Below are positions 58,801 to 64,000 of a stretch of 64,000 bases of DNA, piece by piece. The stretch comes from an uncultured Gemmatimonadales bacterium (GTDB lineage: Bacteria > Gemmatimonadota > Gemmatimonadetes > Longimicrobiales > RSA9): the NCBI GenBank assembly GCA_963816355.1, contig CAWFKH010000004.1, positions 256,001-320,000 of the forward strand. Reading direction: 5' to 3'. Made by a program: the position numbers and the translations under genes. Every line of letters begins with the position of its first letter. The stretch's first letter is position 1. The notes beneath the pieces are model-generated. The model worked only from the letters and a program-made list of their open reading frames with translations. It was not told where the DNA came from and did not search any database.

Positions 58801-58989
58801 CAGACGCCGGCGGGCGGATCGGGGGGCTCGATCCAGGGGACGTGCGAGCACGCGCCGGTGGTGAGCACCGGCGTCAGCGCCCGCATGAACGTGCTCGGGT
58901 TCCTCGTGCTCGAGGCATACTACGCCTACCCGTTCCAGCGCACCGAGAAGGGCTGGCACTGGGGATTCAATCTGACCCCGGGCTGGTGA
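55801..58989 (+). CDS. outer-membrane Omp85/BamA-like barrel fused to an N-terminal HExxH metallopeptidase and PD40 beta-propeller
   Basis: Signal peptide, HELTH...EGMAE, repeated P.(W/L/F)SPDG, VRGY, FVDAG and a terminal aromatic strand FNLTPGW. Confidence 0.85.
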   Translation: MPIRSQYRPTLLVAALLALALMPARAHAQYFGRNQVQYEDFDFHILSTEHFNVYYYPSEREVAEDAARMAERWYSRLSDAFQHAFQDKKPIILYANHADFEQTNVPVGSTDQSIGGVTEPIKDRVVIPLAWTYSDDDHVMGHELTHAFQFDIAKSQTGPGLAALNRVPGWMIEGMAEYLSLGRVDANTTMWLRDAVLHDKFPTIDDLLNTGKFFPYRYGEALWAYIGGKYGDRAVPALFGFATQQGLDAAAQRVLGLTLDSLSARWVAETKVEEQKVIADRTNPDSVGYLLAGPNKHKVGRQNLSPALSPDGRLVAFISERGLFAFDLYVANAETGEIVQRLTSSATNPHFDALSFMNSSGSFSPDSRQFATVVLKGGDQKVVILNVDGGGVQRTLKTDDIGAIGDPAWSPDGKAIVFSGNKGGITDLYLYDLGTDELRQLTRGRETELQPQWSPDGTLIAYATDAGEGTDFQRLTYAPIGIDIMDVATGRTRHLNLFPHTKNINPHFAPDGRSVYFVSDPDGVPDVFRFELSTGRVFRVTNIATGVSGITALSPTLGVARDEGRLAFSVFNNQGYDIRGMTPAEAQGELMETVQTVATAPAAAMPPVKSAQEGLVQDYLRDPATGLPVASSFEVKPYRSRLGLDLIGPPSIGVATSSFGTGLAGGVSAYFSDMLGNKQLGVALQANGTVKDIGGLAQYVNLDHRWNWGAVVGHIPYLQIFRGVQLTDQPGVVEVQDLRSRIFVDQAQGLLQYPFSQSRRLELTGGYTRYSYDFEVNRLLVASNGQVIGQQRTSAPSCSADPQEIAQFGFCAPDPLNLFQAAVAYVGDNSVFGFTSPIQGERFRFEVSPTVGTLQYMTGLADFRHYFFSSPVTVAVRGYHYGRYGRDADRDSILGPLFLGYEWLVRGYDYYSFSPSECGAPAQSANSFTGCPVIDQLFGSRIAVANLEVRVPLLGVEQFGLINFPYLPTELSAFVDAGLAWSHDNPARLAWVRDLSQLHCQTPAGGSGGSIQGTCEHAPVVSTGVSARMNVLGFLVLEAYYAYPFQRTEKGWHWGFNLTPGW

Positions 58990-59007
58990 GTCGAACGCCG
59001 GCCGGGG

Positions 59008-59037
59008 AGGGGCGGCGCCGCGGCGCCGCCCCTTTTT
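59008..59037 (+). terminator. intrinsic terminator
   Basis: GGGGCGGCGCC/GGCGCCGCCCC hairpin followed by TTTTT. Confidence 0.8.
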
Positions 59038-59090
59038 GTGCGTGACGGCGCCGGGATCGGAGCCGCCACGCCCCGGGTTGGCCGCCGCGC

Positions 59091-60407
59091 TCAGAGCAGA
59101 CGCGCGATCAGGGCGGAGACGCGCTCGCGGATCCGCTCCACGATCGACCGCGAGGCGAAGCGGTTGAGCTCGACCTCGCTGGCGTAGCGGAGGTCGTCGG
59201 CGAAGATCGAGTCGAGCGTGGCGCCGAGGTGCTCGTCCTGCACGGCGAGGACGACCTCGTTGTTGAGGGCGAGGGATCGGTTGTCGAAGTTCATGGTGCC
59301 CACCAGGTTCCAGACGCCATCGGCGACGAGCGTCTTCGCGTGGAGCATGCTCGGCCCGTACTCGAAGACGCGCACGCCGCCGCGGAGCAGCTCCTCGTAG
59401 TGATCGCGGCCGGCGTAGCGGGTCAGCGGGACGTCGACGTGCTCGCCCGGCACGAGGACGCGCACGTCGACGCCGCGCCGTGCGGCGTGGACGAGGAGGC
59501 GGCGGAAGTCGTCGTCGGGTACGAAGTAGGCCGTGGTGACGTAGAGTGTGCGGCGCGCGCCGATGATCGAGAGGGCGAGGAGGCGTTCGGCGTCGGTGCT
59601 CCCGAGCGCCGGCACGGAATGGACGAGGGCGGCGCGCGCCGTCGTGGCCGGAGGGGAGGTGTCGGATCCCGTCGGAAAGAAGAGGGGGCCGGCGAGCAGC
59701 TCGCCGGTGGCCTCGATCCAGTTGGTGAGGAAGGCCGCCTGGAGGCGGCGCGCCGCGGGCCCGGTGAAGCGCACTTCGGTGTCGCGCCACGATCCGGCGT
59801 GGCGACCGTCGCCGAGCCACATGTCGGCGATGCCGAGCCCGCCGGTCCACGCGACGCGGCCGTCGACGACGATGGCGCGGACGTGGGCGCGCTGCTGCGC
59901 TTTGTGCAGGGTGTACCAGCGGACGGGCCGGAAGGGCGCGACGCGTACGCCGGCGGCGCGCAGCCGGTCGAAGTAGGCGTCGCCGAGGGGGCCGGCGCCG
60001 AAGGCGTCGTAGAGGAAGAAGACGCGGACGCCCGCGCGAGCGCGCTCGGCGAGCGTGGCGGCGAGGTGGTCGGCGACACGGCCGGGCTCGGCGTAGTAGA
60101 TTTCGATGGTGAGGAGCTCGCGCGCGGAGCGGAGGTCGGCCCACAGGCGCTCGAAGGTCGAATCGCCGCGGGTGTAGAGCTCGGCCGAGGGGAGCGGCTG
60201 CAGCTCGGAGCCCGTGAAGAGCGAGAACGTCTCGGCGAATTCCGGCTGGGAGACCGCCGGCGGTCTGCCGTGGCCGCCGACGACGGCGACGTAGCTCAGC
60301 GGCGTGCCGCGCGTGACGAGCAGCATGCCGAGCACGGCGAAGAAGCAGAGGAGGCCGCCGACGAGCACGAGGATGGCGACCTTGCCGGGACCCAGGGCGA
60401 GGATCAT
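59091..60407 (-). CDS. cardiolipin synthase-like phospholipase D
   Basis: YDAFG, HVRAIVVDG, WRDT, YFVP and HAKTLVADG...GTMNFD.RS..LN.E. Confidence 0.88.
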   Translation of the reverse strand: MILALGPGKVAILVLVGGLLCFFAVLGMLLVTRGTPLSYVAVVGGHGRPPAVSQPEFAETFSLFTGSELQPLPSAELYTRGDSTFERLWADLRSARELLTIEIYYAEPGRVADHLAATLAERARAGVRVFFLYDAFGAGPLGDAYFDRLRAAGVRVAPFRPVRWYTLHKAQQRAHVRAIVVDGRVAWTGGLGIADMWLGDGRHAGSWRDTEVRFTGPAARRLQAAFLTNWIEATGELLAGPLFFPTGSDTSPPATTARAALVHSVPALGSTDAERLLALSIIGARRTLYVTTAYFVPDDDFRRLLVHAARRGVDVRVLVPGEHVDVPLTRYAGRDHYEELLRGGVRVFEYGPSMLHAKTLVADGVWNLVGTMNFDNRSLALNNEVVLAVQDEHLGATLDSIFADDLRYASEVELNRFASRSIVERIRERVSALIARLL

Positions 60408-60444
60408 GGGCGACGGCGAAGCGCGTCTTGCGCGGCGCGAATGC

Positions 60445-60460
60445 TGGCATAACGATTGCC
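60445..60460 (+). promoter_or_regulatory. sigma54 (-24/-12) promoter
   Basis: TGGCATA-ACGA-TTGCC, 70 bp before the ATG at 60531. Confidence 0.65.
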
Positions 60461-60530
60461 GCCCAGGAACGAAAAGCGATCCCGCGGCGGCGCGGCGCCC
60501 GCGTGCCGTCCCCGAAGAGGAGCGATCCCC

Positions 60531-60995
60531 ATGGCCACGCAGCCACGCCCGACCCCGGACCCGCAGCATCTGCTCCCCGCCGCGGGCACGGAGGACGAGA
60601 GTCTCGGCCGCCTCGTCCGCGAGCTGGCCGGCGACCTGCGCGACCTGCTGCGCCAGGAGGTCGACCTCGCCAAGGCGGAGCTGCGCGAGTCGGTGCGGGC
60701 GGTCACGGTCGACACGGCGAAGATCGGCTTCGCCATCGGGCTCGCGCTCGCGGGCGGGCTCTCCATGCTCGTCTTCATGATCCTGGGCATCGGCTCCCTC
60801 CTCGGCGGCGCCTACTGGGCCGGCGCGCTCATCACCGGCGGCGTCCTGCTGCTCGTGGGCGGCCTGCTGACCGGCAGCGCCATCGAGGACCTGAAGAAGC
60901 GGTCCCGGCCGAAGGAGACGGTCCGCACGCTCCGCGAGGACGGCCGCTTCGCCAAGACGGAGGCGAAGCAACTCAAGGACCGCGTCGTCGGCTGA
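60531..60995 (+). CDS. YhjD/YqjE-like two-TM membrane protein ('phage holin family')
   Basis: SLGRLV...LLRQEVDLAKAEL, two TM helices and P.ETVRTLRED. Confidence 0.8.
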   Translation: MATQPRPTPDPQHLLPAAGTEDESLGRLVRELAGDLRDLLRQEVDLAKAELRESVRAVTVDTAKIGFAIGLALAGGLSMLVFMILGIGSLLGGAYWAGALITGGVLLLVGGLLTGSAIEDLKKRSRPKETVRTLREDGRFAKTEAKQLKDRVVG

Positions 60996-61042
60996 CACAC
61001 GCGCGACGATTTCGAGCACCGCGACACGAAAGAGGAAGAACC

Positions 61043-61354
61043 ATGCCGGAGAACGAGGTGGGTCCCGAGACGGGTGGCGTCGTACGGGCGCAGGCGGGGG
61101 AGCGGCTCGAGCAGGCGGCGGAGGCGATCCACGGCGCGGCGCGCCGCATCGCGGACAAGGGAGGCGCGGCCGCGCGCGTCGCACCCGCCGCTCACCGCGT
61201 GGGGTCCGGCTTCGAGAACGCCGCCGAGTACGTTCGCGCGCGCGACGCGGTCGAGATGCGACGCGACGTGGAGGCGACCGTGCGCGCCAACCCGCTCCGC
61301 TCGCTCGCGGTGGCGGTCGTCGCCGGCTACTTCGTGGGACGGATCCTGCGCTAG
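61043..61354 (+). CDS. ElaB/YqjD-like tail-anchored small protein
   Basis: Helical N-terminus and C-terminal VRANPLRSLAVAVVAGYFVGRILR; AGAGG SD upstream. Confidence 0.75.
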   Translation: MPENEVGPETGGVVRAQAGERLEQAAEAIHGAARRIADKGGAAARVAPAAHRVGSGFENAAEYVRARDAVEMRRDVEATVRANPLRSLAVAVVAGYFVGRILR

Positions 61355-61398
61355 GGCAGCGCCTCGCCCCGGCCAGGGAAGCGCGGCGGGCGCGCCCC

Positions 61399-61545
61399 TT
61401 CTCGCGGAGGGCGCGGGGTGCTTTCACGCGGAGGGCGCGGGGTGCTTTTCACGCGGAGGGCGCGGAGGCCGCGGAGGTGGACCGGCGTCGCGCGACGTGC
61501 GCGGCACGGCCTGCATCCTGTTCTGGGGGGTTCTTCGGCTGCGAA
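61399..61545 (+). repeat. dispersed structured repeat, copy C (3'-truncated)
   Basis: Three TC[A/T]CGCGGAGGGCGCGG units, then GGACCGGCGT..GTGC...GCAC..GGTTCTTCGGCTGCGAA; no right inverted repeat. Confidence 0.75.
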
Positions 61546-61597
61546 ACGCCGCTTTGCCACACTGCGGCGAACCCACCTGGCGGAGACCGCTGTCTGT

Positions 61598-61682
61598 ACT
61601 GGCGGCCGGAGGCCTGCGGCACTGCGGGCCGGAGGCCTGCGACACTGCGGGCCGCAGGCGCGCGCGACACCGCGGGCCGGGG
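61598..61682. repeat. ~23-bp tandem repeat (3-4 degenerate copies)
   Basis: ACTGCGGGCCGGAGGCCTGCG[G/A]C-like units. Confidence 0.65.
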
Positions 61683-61692
61683 GCGCGCTCGA

Positions 61693-62946
61693 CTAGCGGC
61701 CGGGAGCGAGCGCGACGCTGCGGTCGCGGGTGTCGATGAAGTGCACAGGCGTCCCCTCGCCCACCACGTGCCCCAGCAGGTCGGCGTCCCAGTTGGTCAG
61801 GCGGACGCAGCCGTGGGAGGTGACGTAGCCGATCGTCTCCGGCGCGCTGGTTCCGTGGATGCCGTAGTGCGGCTTCGAGAGCTGCATCCACACGATGCCG
61901 ACGGCGTTGTTCGGGCCCGGCGGCAGCATGGCGTCCTCCTTCCAGTCCGGCTCGCCCGTGAGAAGCTCCGGGTCGTAGTGCCACTTGGGGTCCCAGGTGA
62001 TCGACTTGACGGTGAACTTGCCGTCGGGCGACGGCGCGTAGCGCGAGCCGAGTGTCGACGGGAAGTGGTAGAGCAGACGTCCGCTCGCGTCGACCGCGTG
62101 GATGTAGTGGCCGCCGTCGGAGATGACGATGCGCGCGACGTCGCCGGCCGCGCGCGTCGTCGAGTCACGCACGGCCGGCACCACGATGCGGTCACCGGCC
62201 GAGAGGCCATCCAGAGAGACGCCCGGGTTGAGCCGGCCCAGCAGCTCGCGCGAGGTGTGGAAGCGCTCGGCCAGCTTCTCGCCGAGCGAGCCGTAGCAGA
62301 GGCACTCCAGCTCCGCCTGGTCGTAGATGTCGGAGGGGATGTCGACGAACGGGCCGCGCACGTCCGCGGCGCTCAGGCGGTGCGTCTCGACGGCGTCACC
62401 CGGCCGCCCGCCGAGCTGCGTCAGGCGGTCGAAGGTCGGACGGTCCACCTCTCCCGTGGCCTCGAGCCCCTCCCGCCGCTGTAGCCAGTAGACCGCCTTC
62501 GAGGTGTTGCGGCCCCAGCGGCCGTCCACGATCCCCGGCGAGAAGAACGCGCGGTCGAGCAGGATCTGCACCGTCGCGATCGACGGTCCGGCCACGTCGC
62601 CCTCGATCGGCAGGTGGATCGTCCCGCGCCGCATGCTCGTGCGCGAGATGTCCTCCCAGCTCTCGGGGTACGGCGCCGTGTCCGGCGCCACGGCGTCGAC
62701 CTGCACGTAGCGCCGCCAGTCCTCGACCAACCGCTCGCTGTCGAGCTGGGCGGCGGGGAGCGTCGCGTTGCCGCTGCCGAACGCGTCCGCCACGCCCGGT
62801 GCGAGGCCGCCGGAGGCCTCCGCCGCGGGCGCCGCGCCCTGGCGGCTCGCCGCGTCGGCCTCGCCGTGCCGCGGCGCGCCCGCGGAGCACGCGATGGCGA
62901 GGCTGGCGAGGGAGAGCGGCAGCATTCTGGCGAAGCGCATTGGCAT
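61693..62946 (-). CDS. L,D-transpeptidase lipoprotein with peptidoglycan-binding and LysM-like domains
   Basis: LAIAC lipobox, PGIVDGRWG.NT, LAERFHT...LNP, PGPNN and YGIHGT...SHGCVRL. Confidence 0.9.
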   Translation of the reverse strand: MPMRFARMLPLSLASLAIACSAGAPRHGEADAASRQGAAPAAEASGGLAPGVADAFGSGNATLPAAQLDSERLVEDWRRYVQVDAVAPDTAPYPESWEDISRTSMRRGTIHLPIEGDVAGPSIATVQILLDRAFFSPGIVDGRWGRNTSKAVYWLQRREGLEATGEVDRPTFDRLTQLGGRPGDAVETHRLSAADVRGPFVDIPSDIYDQAELECLCYGSLGEKLAERFHTSRELLGRLNPGVSLDGLSAGDRIVVPAVRDSTTRAAGDVARIVISDGGHYIHAVDASGRLLYHFPSTLGSRYAPSPDGKFTVKSITWDPKWHYDPELLTGEPDWKEDAMLPPGPNNAVGIVWMQLSKPHYGIHGTSAPETIGYVTSHGCVRLTNWDADLLGHVVGEGTPVHFIDTRDRSVALAPGR

Positions 62947-63042
62947 CCTTCATCAGGGTGTCACATAACGAGTTACATGGCGTCAACGTCCGTCATAGGC
63001 AATCACCGTGCCGGGACCGGGAAGGTCACCGGATGCGGCCGC

Positions 63043-63999
63043 TCAGCGCGCCGTCAAGGGAACGAGGGTCCCGGTGGCGGAGCGGGCGCCGATTTCGGCG
63101 GCGTGGACGGCGTAGAGCGCATCGACGTAAGCGCTGCGCGCCTGGACGAGCCCTTCTTCGGAGGTGATCACGTCGAGGCTGCCGGTGAGACCGTCGCGGT
63201 AACGCTCCTCGGCCTGGTCCAACTCGAGGCGGGCGAGCTGGAGACGTTCGCGAGTGGTGGCGAGGGCGGAGCGTGCGGTGGCGAGCGCCGCGGCGGCGTC
63301 GCGGGCGTCGGCTTCGACGGCGAGGCGGGCGTCGCGGCCCTGGGCCTCGGCCTCGCGGAGCAGGGCGGTGCGCTCGTCGAGGCGAGCGCCGCGGCGGCCG
63401 CCGTTCCAGGCGTTCCAGGTGAGCTGGAGGGCGAGGGTCTGGGTGGCGATGGCGTCGCCGAAGTGGCGGCCGTCGTAGCCGTAGTCACCGGCGACGGTGA
63501 GGCGGGGCGCGACCTCGAGGCGCTCGGCGCGCAGGTTCTGGCGGGCGGCGTCGACGGAGCCGCTGACGGCGCGCAGCTCGGGGCGGTTGGCGAGGGCGAG
63601 CGAGACGAGGGAGTCGGGGTCGGCGCTCAGCGACGTCGCCGGGGCGCCCAGGGTGTCGACCTCGATGGCGCGGCCGAGCGGCTCTCCCATGGACCGGAGA
63701 AGCGCGACGCGTCCGCGGTCAACGGTGCCGCTCGCCTCGGTGAAGGCAGTGCGGGCGGCGGCGAGGCGGACGCGGGCGCGGGTGATGTCGATGGCGGTGG
63801 CGACGCCGGCGTCCTTGCGCTGCTGCGCGATGTCGAGCAGCCGGCGTGCGAGGAGGGTGTCGGCGGCGCGCGCGCGCAGGAGCGATTCGCCGCGCGCGAG
63901 CGAAAGGTAGGCGCCGGCGGCGGCCGCCGCCGCGTCGAGCTCGGCGGTCTGGATCGAGGCGGCGGCCGCCGTCCGGTTCTCCTTCGCGGCGCCGAGGCG
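63043..63999 (-). CDS. TolC family outer-membrane efflux protein (5'-partial)
   Basis: ALANRPEL, ERYRDGL...LDV and AGVATAIDITRA; the frame is open to the window edge. Confidence 0.85.
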   Translation of the reverse strand, partial: RLGAAKENRTAAAASIQTAELDAAAAAAGAYLSLARGESLLRARAADTLLARRLLDIAQQRKDAGVATAIDITRARVRLAAARTAFTEASGTVDRGRVALLRSMGEPLGRAIEVDTLGAPATSLSADPDSLVSLALANRPELRAVSGSVDAARQNLRAERLEVAPRLTVAGDYGYDGRHFGDAIATQTLALQLTWNAWNGGRRGARLDERTALLREAEAQGRDARLAVEADARDAAAALATARSALATTRERLQLARLELDQAEERYRDGLTGSLDVITSEEGLVQARSAYVDALYAVHAAEIGARSATGTLVPLTAR

Positions 64000-64000
64000 G

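Noticed and set aside
60531..60995. 'Phage holin family' gene as evidence of a prophage
   Set aside because: No phage genes nearby; this family is a common chromosomal membrane protein.

Overview
Very GC-rich bacterial chromosomal window. Gene content and order suggest Gemmatimonadota, but this is an inference. The left ~32 kb is mostly housekeeping: thiO, thiD, prepilin peptidase, an nupC-PNP-xapX nucleoside operon, dnaK, degP, tRNA-Leu(TAG)-tig-clpP-clpX-engB, and aroC-aroK-topA-trmFO-xerC-hslVU-argF-gcvT-mog followed by a sigma54 activator. From ~31.6 to 55 kb lies a large minus-strand type IV pilus locus: pilMNOPQ, two complete FimT/PilV/PilW/PilX minor-pilin sets, two tandem major-type pilins and two PilS/PilR-like pairs. 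Between pilSR and pilA sits a four-gene cassette of two polyprenol-phosphate-sugar-synthase-like GT2 enzymes, a SAM methyltransferase and a TMTC-like GT-C/TPR protein. I consider this cassette the best candidate for an undescribed system, namely pilin O-glycosylation. Other notable signals are a structured, inverted-repeat-bounded intergenic repeat family in three copies, three sigma54-type promoters (including one before dnaK), two frameshifted genes, and two microproteins not listed separately in the ORF track. No transposase, prophage or CRISPR array was seen. All product calls come from motif recognition by eye, not from database searches.
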